Shown: piece by piece, positions 38,131-50,700 of the stretch | Layout: the number at the start of each line of letters is the position of its first letter | Numbering within the stretch: position 1 is the first letter of the stretch | NCBI RefSeq assembly: GCF_020745735.1 | Contig: NC_083413.1 | Coordinates: 32,674,001-32,738,000 of the forward strand | Direction of reading: 5' to 3' | DNA: 64,000 nt | Origin: Hemiscyllium ocellatum | Lineage: Eukaryota | Notes under the pieces: model-generated | What the model was told of the DNA's origin: nothing | What the model saw: only the letters and a program-made list of their open reading frames with translations | The model's database searches: none | Translations under genes and position numbers: made by a program

Positions 38131-38600
38131 TGAAATAAATTTTTCCTGGCTTCTGAAAATGATCTGCTGCAAGTTTAAAGCTGTTCCATTTTCCCCACAG
38201 CTGCCCAAATGGTAAAAGTTTGCCAAATTACTAACTTGCTCTTTTGTCTCCGTCATAGGTCTACTGCTTTTTGTCATTTATATAAATGATTTGGATGTGA
38301 ACATAGGAAGTATTGTTAGTAAGTTTGCAAATGATATAAAATTGGAGGTGTCGTGGACAGCGAAGGTGGTTACCTCAGAATAATCTGATTTTGATCAGAT
38401 GGGCCAATGATCTGAGGAGTGGCAGATGGAGTTTCATTTAGATAAATGTGAGGTGCTGCATTTTGGAAAGGCAAATCATGGCAGGACTTATACACTTAAT
38501 GGTAAGGGCCTGGGGAGTGTTGCTGAGAAAAAGGATCTTGGAGTACAGGTCCATCATTTCTTGAAAGTGGAGTTGCAGGTAAATAGGTTAGTGAAGAAGG

Positions 38601-39492
38601 TTGATGTGGTTCTGTTCGCAGAGCTGGGAATTTGTGTTGCAGACGTTTCGTCCCCTGTCTGTGACATTCTCAGTGCTGGGGAACCTCCTGTGAAGCGCTT
38701 CTGTGATGTTTCTCCGGCATTTATAGTGGTTTGTACCTGCCGCTTTCGGTTGTCAGTTCCAGCTGTCCGCTGCAGTGGCCGGTATATTGGGTCGAGGTCG
38801 ATGTGCTTATTGATTGAATCTGTGAATGAGTGCCATGCCTCTAGGAATTCCCTGGCTGTTCTCTGTTTGGTTTGTCCTATAATAGCAGTGTTGCCCCAGT
38901 CAAATTCATGTTGCTTGTCCTCTGAGTGTGTGGCTACTAAGGATAGCTGGTCGTGTCGTTTCGTGGCTAGTTGGTGTTCATGGATGCGGACCGTTAGCTG
39001 TCTTCCTTTTTGTCCTATGTAGTGTTTTGTGCAGTCCTTGCATGGGATTTTGTACACTACATTGGTTTTGCTCATGCTGGGTATCGGGTCCTTCGTCCTG
39101 GTGAGTTGTTGTCTGAGAGTGGCTGTTGGTTTGTGTGCTGTTGAGTCCTAGTGGTCACAGTAGTCTGGCTGTCAGTTCGGAAATGCTCTTGATCTATGGT
39201 AGTGTGGGTAGTCCTTTGGGTCATTCTGTTGTCTTTCCCTTAGGCATCTGTTGATGAAATTGCAGAAGTATCCATTTTTGGCGAATACATTGTATAGGTG
39301 TTCTTCTTCCTCTTTTTGCAGTTCTGGTGTACTGCAGTGTGTTGTGGCTCTTTTGAACAGTGTCTTGATGCAACTTCTTTTGTGTGTGTTGGGGTGGTTG
39401 CTTTTGTAGTTTAGGACTTGGTCTGTGTGTGTGGCTTTTCTGTATACCTTTGTGGTGAATTCTCCGTTCAGTGTTCTCTGTATCATCACGTC
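38601..39492 (-). mobile_element. 5'-truncated Penelope-like element, family C, inserted in CR1
   Basis: VYRKATHTDQVLNYKSNHP (RT thumb) and NVVYKIPCKDCTKHYIGQ (GIY-YIG). TSD TAGTGAAGA at 38589-38597 and 39493-39501. Confidence 0.9.
38639..38676 (-). ncRNA. Degenerate hammerhead (PLE family C)
   Basis: GCA-CUGAGAA-U-GUCAC(...)GGGAC-GAAA-C-GUC^UGC. Stem I GCA/UGC; G8 mutated to A. Confidence 0.65.
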
Positions 39493-40989
39493 TAGTGAAG
39501 ATGATGTTTGGTATGCTTTCTTTTACTGGTCAGAACATTAAGTGAAAGATTTGGGACGTCATGTAGTAGCTGTACAGGACATTGGTTAGGCCACTTTTGG
39601 AAATTCTGGTGCAATTCTGGTCTCCCTGCTATAGAAAAAATGTTGTGAAACTTGAAAGTGTTCAGAAAGATTTACAAGGATGTTGCCAGCGTTGAAGGGT
39701 TTGAGCTATAGGGAGAAGCTGAGTAGGCTGGAGCTGTTTTCCCTGGAACATCAGAGGCTGAGGGATGACCTTACAGAGGTTTAAAAAAAACGAGGGACAT
39801 GGATAGGATAAATAGACAAGGTCTTTTCCCTGGTTTGGGGGTGTCCAGAACCAGAGAACATAAGTTTAGGATTAGAGGAGAAATATATAAAAGGGACTAA
39901 GGGGCAGCTTTTTCATGCAAAGGGTGATGTGTGTATGATGTGAGCTGCCAGAGAAAGTAGTGGAGAACATTTAAAAGGCATCTGGATGGGTATATGAATA
40001 GGAAGGGTTTAGAGGGATATGGGCCAAGTGCAGGCAAATGGGACTAGATTAATTTCTGATATCTGGTAGGCATGGACAAGTTGGACTGAAGGGCTTGTTT
40101 CTGCGCTGTACAGCTCTATGACGTCCTAAATGTTTGACTCTGTAAAAGATTATGTATTTTCCTATTTGGGATTATAAATTGAAATGGAAATTTGAGTTTT
40201 ATTGTGAGAAAATAACTTTCCACCTTGTAATCCAGACCCTTGGTCTTTGGAATTTTGTCTATCCTATGTATATTCTTTTCTCATTAAAATTTTTTTAAAC
40301 CATTTGTCTTTTGTCTGTCTTAGTTGTGATTGAGTAAATGCATATTTAAGAGTTTTGTAGGAATATAGTTTAAGTTGCATGGTCGTAGGTTAGAAATTCT
40401 TTTTCTCTGCTCATTAAAGTTAATTGTGTTATAATAACTAGTTATTTTTCTGTTACTGATGAAACCTTGTATGAATTGCTTTTGTCCTGAACAATGTTCA
40501 GTTAGGAATACAGGTCATTCTAGGATAACTTGTGGAACAGTGGGGGCATGCTTCTCTAATACTAGTGACAACTGTTCGTCCTGTACTTCAAATTCATAGC
40601 CACTTCCCTCAGTGTCTACTTATATTTTTCATATAACTTCCCTGACCTTCACCTGTCCATTAGCTGAATGATTTGTCTGCTATCAAAAATTCACCTTACA
40701 GAGAATTAGATTGTGTCTTCTAATCTGCAGCAGTTTAGACTTTAAATGATCATTAATGACTTTTTTTCTAAAATGATAGGAAAATGAACTATTGATGTCT
40801 CATCTAAAAAGATTAGGTAAATAAAAAACAATTAGAAGTCTAAGCTTGACTTTACCTCTATTTGACTGGATGCATATGTCTTTCAGCATAACAGTAATGA
40901 GACACCTATCCACCCCATTGAATTTTCCTATTATGATTTACAGTAATACTTATGCCACATAAAGTACATTCCAGAGCCTAAATAGTTTC

Positions 40990-41830
40990 TGTATAACTTT
41001 TGTTATCTCACATTTCTACTTTTGCAAAATGCTCAAAATCTCTGCCTTCTGGTTTTCTATCCTCTGAGCTGTCATAAGTATTTTCTTTCTTTAACTTAAT
41101 TGCTGTCACCTTTACCATCCAGGGAGCTCTGGAATAGTTTGTTTCACATTTTTCCTTTTGAGCAAATATACCTTTACTGTGCTTGATCCATCTCTTCTTT
41201 GAAGGTCAGCCACTGATTTTCCTGGCAACCCTAGGTTCCAGTTTATGTGGCCCATCTCCATTTTTACCTTATTGAAGTCAGGTCTCTGCAAGTTAACTGT
41301 TCTGATTCTCGATTGTTCATTGTCATTTTCAACCATAACCCTTGAAGTTATAACAGGACAATCACTTCTTCCTAAATGTTGCCCTGTGACATTTGTTCTC
41401 CTTAGCCCAGTTCATTCACTCATTCTTATTGGATTGTTGGAAATTCTATTGGCCACAATCTGAACACATCTTGGCAATTGGCCAAGGAATCTAAAACGCT
41501 TCCTGCACCATATTTACAGCCATACGTTCATTTGTTTTATCTTCCTACTTTTGTACTCATTTGCATGTGGCACTGGGAATAATCCAGAGATTGGTACTTA
41601 TGAGCTTTTTCTTTGTAATTTTCTACCTAAGTCGCTCAACTCTGAATGCCGGACCACATTCCCTTTCCTATATAGTGTTGGTCCCAGTGTGACCATGACA
41701 TCTGGATGCTCAACTCTCCTCAACAAGAACATCCTGCAGCCATTCTGTGATATCCCTGATTCTGGCACAAGGGTGGCAGCCACATAAATGTCTGCCTACT
41801 CCCCCAACCAACACATCATGACTGCTCTTA
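40990..41830 (-). mobile_element. Old CR1 fragment (ORF1 esterase-like/APE remnants)
   Basis: NLQRPDFNKVK and LVPESGISQ..EHPDVMV remnants. Confidence 0.5.
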
Positions 41831-43189
41831 CACTCCTCTTCCTTCTCTCCTGTACTTCTATTTACTATAAACTGGGAATTAGTAGAAAGTAGAGATTCCT
41901 CATCTTAACCAAAAACGCACTCTCACCTGTGTCGATAAATTCTTTTTTCACTGTGCTTGTTTAGAAAGTTATATTCTCAATATCCTGGAGTTGCTTAATA
42001 ACCAATTGACTTACAACTGTCCTTTGTTGTCACTGTTGTTATGTTTCTTTGCTGTTGAACCACATTCCAGAGGCTCTACTCCTGCCTTCCTCTGTGTGTG
42101 TAGGTAATTTCTGTAGGCCTTGCTCCTCAGGCTACATTTATACTGTTCTCCATGGTGTATTTACCTCACAGGTCCATCTGTCTGCTTTCTGATCCTGGTA
42201 TGAAGAATTATTTTAGCATCAGAACCTTTCTAAAGAAAATATAATAGGTTCCAGCTATGATAAGCCGAATTGGGCCCATATTTATTGGACCGGTGAATTA
42301 AATTAGTTTACTGCAAGTTGGTAGCATGCATCCTTATACCACTTTGGGATTAAAAAGAATTGGAACTAAGCCTGGACTGACTTGAATGGTCTTGTTCCTA
42401 ATAACCATTACAGTGTTCCTGAATGAATTAAATTTAATTTTTAAAAATCTTAATTGCTTTTTCAGAGAATGAAAGAATAAAATACTTTGTCCTTGTAACC
42501 CTCTTCATAATAACAGCAGCGGCACAACCAGGAATTTGTACTTCAGTGCCCTAAGCAACTTCTTTTATTCTTTGCCTTGCAGTTGTCAGAGGCTCAGCCT
42601 GTAAAACAGAATATTAGTGGGTGAGCTGCATCTCCCTGAAATGGACCTTGGTATAATAGCTTTATAAATGGGCTTGTAGAATAATCTTGTATTCCAAAAT
42701 TTGCAATCAATAGAAAAGGCTATGTATTTGCTTCCTGGTTGGTTGTAAGCTACAGTGAGAACTTGCTTTGTTGGCTGCACCATGGATCCAACAGTAAAGT
42801 TGCTAGAGTGACTTAGTTCCCTGTGAAATCCTGTGTCATTTTATTAAACTGAAAAACTGGCCCTTGGGCTCCTTCCAGCTCAATGGTGGTCAATGTTTCT
42901 TGATTTGTTTTGTTTTTAATTTCTGATTGGATGTTGTGTTAATTATGGCTGGCAGTACATCCCACAAGTCTCCTCCTGTGATTGAGGAGGAGGAGTACCA
43001 GAAAGGAGCTACAGTGATTGAAATTTAGAGACGCTTTTATGCTCTTGATTTAAAGGGTGCATCCGAGAGCATGTTCTACGACTTTTTGGGGAGCCCTAAA
43101 ATCAAACTTCTTAAAAAAAAAAGAACTGCTATACAAATCAGACCCAGTACTTAAAATAACAAGACATAGTAGAACTAACGTGGATGCAA

Positions 43190-43452
43190 GGCAAAAGTGA
43201 GGACTGCAGATGCTGGAGATTAAAGTCAAGAAAGTGGTGCTGGAAAAGCACAGCAGGTCAGGCAGAATCCAAGGAGCAGGAGAATCGACATTTCGGGCAA
43301 AAGCCCTACATCAGGAATCAGCAATTTTTTTTTATTCTTTGCCTTGTGCTTGTCAGAAGCATTCCTGATGAAAGGCTTTTGCCCAAAATGTCAATTCTCC
43401 TGTTCCTTGGATGCTGCCTGACCTGCTGTGCTTTTCCAGCACCACACTCTGT
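43190..43452. mobile_element. Foldback mini-element, family A terminal repeats
   Basis: 43233-43318 is inverted relative to 43361-43447. Each arm has a degenerate hammerhead; tail on the left. Confidence 0.8.
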
Positions 43453-43539
43453 ACTGTGGATCCAGGTCTGGGATCCTCAGGTGCCCCTGCCAGGGGTACT
43501 ACAGCTTCCAAGCAGAAGACAAGGGTGCTTGCATTCTCG

Positions 43540-45900
43540 AATGACCCCATGGTAAAAATAGACAAAAATGAAATGGATCAAAGCTGAGTGCACAGACCAC
43601 CCCCAAGTAATGATCTGCGAGATTGGAAGTGGTTTAGGTGTGAAGGTCATGATGAAAAAGGAGAAAATTAAGATATTTTAAAGATTAACAACACAAATAG
43701 ATATTAATTGGTATGATCTCATAACTGATACATCAGCAAGGAGATCAAAGCTGGGAAGTATTTTCTCAGGTATGTGACTTTTCAAAAAAAGACAGACAGG
43801 AAGGAAAGGATAGTGGGTTTCTTCATTAGTACAAGATGGAATAAGTATGAAAGCAAGAAAGAATCTATATCTTCTGATCCAAGATTGTATGTAGATGGAG
43901 GTATAAAATAACAAAGAACAATATCATTGGTGGGAGTAGTCTGAAGGCTCTCTCACAATAGATACACCATTGGACAGAATAACTTGGGAGATAATTAGAG
44001 CCTATAAAAAAGGCAAGACATTAATCACGGTGACTTTAATCTTCTTGTAGATTAGGAAAATCAAATTTGCAGAGAGAGCCATGATGAAGAATCCAAAGTT
44101 TATTCAGGACAGTTTCCTCGAACAATATGGTTTGGATCCATCCAGGGATCAGGCTATTTTGAACTGGCAATGTTAAGGAGGTAGTTTTAATACATAATCT
44201 GTGTGAAATATCCCCCAGAAGATAGTGACCATACATGGTAGAATTTAATATTCAGTTTTGGAATGTGGAACATGACTTGAAAACCTAAATAAAGGTAGGT
44301 ACAAAGGGATGAGGGTAGAATTATCCAGGATGGACTCATAGAGAAGTTCAGCAGATGGTTAATGAACAATGGCTGAAGTTTAAAATAGTTATGGTTCAAA
44401 ATAAAGAAATATCCCACTAAGGAAGAAATATTCTGAGGAGGAGATAAACCAACTATGGTCAACCCAGGAATTTAAGTAGCATAAAATTCAAAGAAAAAAA
44501 ATGCTTACAATGTCAAAGATTAGTGGTAAGCTAGAGGTTTGGGAAAGTTTTAAAAATCGACAAAACATAACCAAAAAGGGAGAAAATAAGATGAGGATAA
44601 AATAGCAAGTAAGGTAATAAAAAGGAAGCAGATTCAACGTTTTGAATCCAATTCAGAACTGAGGAAAGATCACTGGACTCAAACAACTAATTCCACTTTC
44701 TCTCCACATATATTGCCAGATCTGCTGAGTTTTTCCAGCAATTTCTAATTTTGTTTCCAGCATTTGTACCTCTTTGGTTTATTTTGGTTTTTAAAAAAAG
44801 AGCTTATTTACGAAAATAGAGAGCAAGGCCAAGGTGAATGTAGGCCCATTAGAGAATAAGGTGAAGGAAAAAATCATGGAGGAGTCAGGAAATGGCAGAG
44901 AAGCTGATAAACACTTTGCATCAGTCTTCATGGTAAAGGACATCAATAGCATTCCAGAAGTACTAAATAATAAAGGGTTATAAAGAGGTGGAATAAACAC
45001 AAAACGGTCACGAGAGAAAAATTAACAGGGAACCTAATAGGACTTGAGGTGATATATTCTCTGGGCCTGATCAGTTGTACCTTGGGATATTAAAGGAAGA
45101 TGGTTGATACATTCATAGTAATCTTTCAAGAATTCTTTCAATTCTGGAAAAATCCCAGCAGATTGGAAAACAGCCAATGTAATACCCTTATTCCCAAAGG
45201 AAAGGATGCAAAAACTGGTAATTACAAAACAGTTAGCTTAAAATTCATCACTGGAAAATATTAAAGGTTTATTATAAATGGTATGATAGAGCATTTTAGT
45301 GCATAACATAACCAGGTTTAACATGACTTCATGAAGGGGAAATCATGCTTGACAAAGTTTAGAATTCTAGAGCCATATATTTGATGGCTTAACTTTATTT
45401 ATCCTATGCCAGTTTGCTGTGGCTTGGGTAATAATCCCACAATTGTTACCTTGGAGGTTCACCTTATAAATATAGCTCCTAACTATTCAAATTATTTCAT
45501 CGGAAACCTATTTTAAGCCTAACAATGTCACTTGTATCAATGTAGATAACAACATCCCTCCTCTCCTACTACAAGTTCCTTTTCAGCCAGAGGAAATGGT
45601 GTCATACCTGGCACCAGGCAGGCAAATTCAGCCTTTCGGACTTATGCTCACAACTCATTACTCTATCCCCTAGCAGTACTATATTCCCATTTCCTGATTT
45701 AAGCCACATCTTGAGTATCATGCGCCATTTTGGTCCCCTTATTAGAAAAACAAAATACTTTAGAATAACTTCAAAGAAGATTCATTTGAGTAATTCCCAG
45801 GGTGAAGGACTTACTTTATGAAGTGTGAACAAATTAGGCCTTTGTTGGTGTTGAGAAGTACAAGAGATGATCTCATTGAAACAAAAATTCTGAAGAAGGG
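43540..45900 (+). mobile_element. Old CR1 LINE fragments (APE/RT)
   Basis: GDFN, DWKTANVIPLFPK and FMKGKSCLT remnants. Confidence 0.65.
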
Positions 45901-46095
45901 GTATTGAATATGCAGATGCTAACTCTGTCTTTGTCCACACATGCTAACAGACCTGTTGATTTTTTTTCCAAGTTGATTTTTATTTAAAATCTTGGAGGGG
46001 ACTGAAAGGAATCAACAGGCTACCTCTGTAACTAATCTTCTTTTCCTAAGTCACATAAGGTATTGAAGGCCATCAACTTTTTTTTGATGTTAAGA

Positions 46096-46410
46096 TCATA
46101 GAATCCTGACAGTGTGGAAACTGACCCTTCGGCCCAACAAGTCCACACTGACCCTCCCAAGAGTATCCCACTCAAATCCATTCCCCATTATCTACATTTA
46201 CCCTTGACTACTGCACCTAACCTGCACATCCCTGGACATTATGGTCTATTTAGCATGGCCAATCCACCCTAACCTGCAGATCCCTGGACATTATGGGCAA
46301 TTCAGCATAGCCAATCCACCCTAACCTGCACATCTTTGGACTGTGGGAGGAAACCGGAGCACCCAGAGGAAACCCACGCAGCCATGGGGAGAATGTGCGA
46401 ACTCCACACA
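46096..46410 (-). mobile_element. HE1-type SINE (5' truncated) with an internal 52-bp tandem duplication
   Basis: CCTAACCTGCA recurs at 46216, 46268 and 46320. Confidence 0.8.
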
Positions 46411-46769
46411 TCTTAACATCACACCAATACACTTTTTACATAGAATCATATAGCAAAAACAGCAAAGAAGCTGACATTCATACGTATCATATTCCAACTA
46501 CCTAATATACCTTCACTCTCTTAAAATTTCCTATCGTAAGTATATTTACCTCAAACAGGAGTTCCTAGTTTGCACCTGTACAGGAAAAGTAAATTCCTTG
46601 GGAAGAACTTCTATTGGTGTTGGACGTATCTCTAATACCAGGCTATCACTCAGATTCCAAGGTGGGACCATTGCAGCTTACTGCACCAGCTCTTTGTACC
46701 CAACGAACAGGGTCTCAAAGAGATGAAAGCAGGAAGTCCTATCTCTTATTGATTGTGATATCACAAAGA

Positions 46770-46897
46770 GTAGCGGCACCGCCCTCTTTTGTTTCGGCGC
46801 GCCTGATTCGTCAATATTCGGAAAGGTGGGCCTCGAGGAGGCGGGGTCTTCCGCGGTGCAGTGGCTTTTGCTCAGGGTTTTGAGTCAGGACTGAGAG
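46770..46897 (+). promoter_or_regulatory. CpG-rich promoter/5'UTR of the C2orf72-like gene
   Basis: Local CpG enrichment, GC-box GGCGGG at ~46840, TGAGTCA at 46881-46887. Confidence 0.5.
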
Positions 46898-47558
46898 ATG
46901 GAGGGAGGGAACGCAGACCTCGATCCAGACTGGACCGACAGGGAATTCCAGCAGCTGGTCAAAGCCATAGGAGGCAGGGAGAGTATCTTCTTGATTGGGG
47001 AGGTGTGCGAGAGCAGGGACCTTATGTTTCAGTTCGTCAATAACTTGTTCCCATGTTCAGGGAAACTTTGCAACAAGCTGTCGGACACGGGTAGCAGTCA
47101 GCACACGATGGAGCAGCAATGCAAGAAATCTGAGCCCGACAAGGAGCGAGAGTTGGAGAGTTTATTAGAATCTTCCAGCAAGGTGACCCAGATGGTTAAT
47201 GGGAGTAAGGAGCAGAGGAGGATCAAAGCCCGGCTTATTCTCTTTCTCTTCCATCAAGATTTCATCTGTAACAAGCAGAACGATCTCGTCATCCGAGAGC
47301 TCCTGAAGGATGTTCGGCAGAGGTCCAGCTCTTGGGAAGACTTACCCGCTCTCATTGCGGTGGTCCACGCTGACGCTGTGAGCGGGGAGCTCAGTGTTGC
47401 TGTTCGCCTGATAGACTACTACCTGCGGACAGTTTTTCATCGGCACCCCGGTGAATGTGTGCAGGCTCTACCTTTCATAGCCAGCCAGCCAGACTCCATG
47501 TTACAGCTGAAAAAGACCACTTGTATTGTCCTCCGAGCTGTTTCGAGCATGACAACAG
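46898..47558 (+). CDS. C2orf72: C2orf72-like (DUF4630) protein, first coding exon (220 codons); downstream exons not found in window
   Basis: Motifs FQQLVKAIGGRESIFLIGE, RRIKARLILFL, RELLKDVRQR, ALIAVV and LRTVF..H....VQA match recalled C2orf72 motifs (FQALVEAAGGRGQVLLVGE, REMLRDVRGR, LLRAVFGR..GPVQA). Strong Kozak GAGATGG, CAG|GTACAT phase-1 donor, CpG-rich context. Confidence 0.8.
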
Positions 47559-48709
47559 GTACATAGTGAGACTCTCGCCTAACTAAAGATTCACGTATTC
47601 CATATTTCGGTATAGAATTGTAACTTATCGTTGTTTTTGGTGGATATTTACCCCTCCCCCCCGCGACCTTATCTTCACTGAATATAGTTAATCATCCATA
47701 AAATGCATTGTTGTCATAGGAATACCAATCTGAGCCACTTGGCCGTTTTTGTTCTGTCATTCTATAAAGGATATATTTAATAGCTGGGAGAACAAAAGCT
47801 GTCTGGTGCCCATAATCCCAGACACATTTTGCCGCTCTCTTCGAAGATTAATGTCTCTGGCATACTGACACCAAGTTCATTGGATTTCGCTTGCAGTGTG
47901 TTCATTAGATTTAGCAAGGTCATATACAGTTAGTGAGACATCAAAGCAGCATTACCTTCCTCTCTACACCTTTAAACGGCGGGAGAAAATCTGTATCTCT
48001 TTATTCGGATGGAAGAATTGCTTTTGCGCCGTAGACTGAATTCACTATTCTGACATATTATGTCAAACCAGGTAGAAAGAAAATGAAGGTTTGGGTTGAG
48101 AGAGAAAGGACAAAAAAAAACTGTTTTAAAAATATCTTAATAATTAACATCTAAAGAAATGAGACCGTGTTTGCTTGTTCAAGTTGAAAGGGTACTTTCG
48201 ACTGAATTAACCTAGTTCCCTTTGTAGCAAGGTTAGTCCATGCCAACACTGTCACCACAAGAACTCCATGTGCTGCCTTGAATAGCAAGCCAGGCACAAA
48301 CCATTTTTGTGCAACTCACAAAAGAGCAGGGTTTCTTGGCAATTAGAGCAAATTGGGCAGTATCTCTGGATTTTTATATTGTACTGCTCATGTTGAGTAG
48401 AAGCTGCTTGTGTTAACTGTGTAATAATAGTATATAAAAAGTTTTCTCATTGATCACAACACAGTACTTATGATATTCAACAAAAATAGTATCATATTAT
48501 TGCATAAACATTAAAGTAAAAGAATGTTTTGACCATATTTTTGTCACCCACAAGTTTGTGTGCTGCCAGTGGATTAGGATTTTGGCACTCAGCTGACCAA
48601 ATGAAGTTATAGTCCCTCTGCTTGTACAAATTTAGCGTTTCACTCATGAAACAAAGTTAGGATTGATATCCTACTGGTAAGTTTTGGATACCAGCCACCA
48701 GAAATAAGA

Positions 48710-50700
48710 GATTGACAGATTCTTGATGTCATGAGGAATTAAGGGCTACGGGGAGAATGCGGGTAAGTGGAGTTGAAATGCCCATCAGCCATGATTGAAT
48801 GGCGGAGTGGACTCGATGGGCCGAATAGCCTTACTTCCACTCCTATGTCTTATGGTCTTATGGAACACTGAAGAAAGATCAAGCATATGTAGAGTTGGTA
48901 AGGCATTAAAAACATAGAAATGAAGAAGTCTAATAGACAGCAGTGAAAAACTACTGCTTTGCCCTCCACACTGCATTTCGCTAATCCATTTTCTTCCAGA
49001 ATATCGGTATCATTAGCCCTCTGGTCCAACTTCCTTTGCCACACTAATCCTGGTTACGCCTTCAATTTTTTGGGACATGAGCTTTGGAGTCTTCACCCTA
49101 AACTCTTCAGTCCAGTTCACTTTGTCATACTCTGAAGTTGTCTATAAACTCTCTTACTTTGGTAAACTTCTTGTTTGTCCTAAGTCATCCTATTTGACTT
49201 GGTGTCGGTTTTTTTTAATTACTTGTTTTCAAAATGTACACATTGTTTACAAGGTTACTACTACTCATCTCTAATTGTTCTTGAGATGGATCTACGTGGT
49301 AAGAAGCTTCCATGTTAAACCACTGCAGCCCATCTGGTGTAGGAACACACAGTACTTGTAGGGAGGGAGTTTCAGGATTCAGGAAAGAATGGAAATATAG
49401 TTTCAAGTCAGGACTGTGTGTGACTTGGAGGGTCACTTGCAGGTGATTGTATTCCCATGCTTCTGCAGGTCTTGCCTTTTTAGATGGCAGAGATTCTAAT
49501 TATGGAAAAGCTATCAGAGAACCCATCGCAAGTTACAACAGTGCATCTCAGATTGTACACCATGAACTGTTGGTGAAGAGAATTAATGTTTAAAGTGGTG
49601 AATGGGATGCTAATTAAGCAGGCTGATGGTTGGCTTCTTCAGGGTTGTGGAAGTCAGTCTTCAGACAAATTTTGATGACCTTTGTCTTGTGGATGATGGG
49701 CAGGCCTTGCAAAGTAGAATTTCAAATTCAGATCATCTTATACAGCCACAACAACATTTACTCAATTGGTCCAGTTAAGCTTTGTCAACTTTAATGACAT
49801 TTAAATGGTCATTGGATAAACATATGGATGAAAATGGGGTAGCATAGAATAGATAGGCTTCAGATTGGTTCCACAGGTTGGTGCAACATGGAGGGCCGAA
49901 GGGCCTGTACTGCGCTGAAATGCTCTGTTCTAAGCTTCTGTTCAATGCTAACCCCGAGGTTGTTGATAGTGAGCAATTCATTGATAATGCTGTTGAATTT
50001 CAAGGGGAAGTGGTTAGATTCTGTCTTTTTGGAAATGGCCATTATCTGACACTTGTATGCTGCAAATCCCACATGCCATTTTTCAGCCTAAGCCTCAATG
50101 TTGTCCGGGTCTTGTTGCATGTGGATTCAGCATCCTAGGAGTTGCAAGTGGAACTGAACACACTGTAATCATAAGTGAACATCCCATCTCTGATTTTATG
50201 ATGGAGGGAAAGTAATTGATGAAGTCGCTGAAGATGAGAAACTCCAGCAGGGAATATCTTCAGCAACTTCCTTTCCTTGGTATGACTTCAAATCAGAATT
50301 TTCACTTGTGATCCTCTTTGACTTCAATTTTGCAAGCACTCCTTGATGCAACACACTGTCGAATGCTATTTTAATGTCCATGTCAGTCATTTGGTCCTCA
50401 CTTAGACAAATGCTTAAGCTTTCTTTTGCACTGATGTGTCATCATTGAGAATGGGATGTTTTAGAAACCTTTTCCTCCAATTAGTTTAACTGTCAACCAT
50501 CATTCATGACTGGCTGAGACAGGTCTGCAGAATTTTGTTGTGATCTGTTAGTTGTGGAATCATTTAATTCTATCTATTGCATGCTGCTTCTGTTTGAAAT
50601 GCATGGAGTCTTGTCTAGGAGCTCCACCAATTGGTGTCTTATTTCTAGGAAAACCTGTTGCTATTCCAGGCATGCTGTCATACTTCAGCAGTGTAGGATG
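48710..50700. mobile_element. CR1 3' tail (+) and an older CR1/L2-type LINE fragment (-)
   Basis: Tail ending ATGTCTTATGGTCTTATG; DIKIAFDSVLHQGVLAKL remnant on the minus strand. Confidence 0.6.

Larger units (their letters stand above)
38255..40125 (+). mobile_element. CR1 LINE 3' portion split by the family C PLE
   Basis: LLFVIYINDLD and MEFHLDKCEVLHFGKAN motifs, 3' tail CTCTATGAC. Confidence 0.88.
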
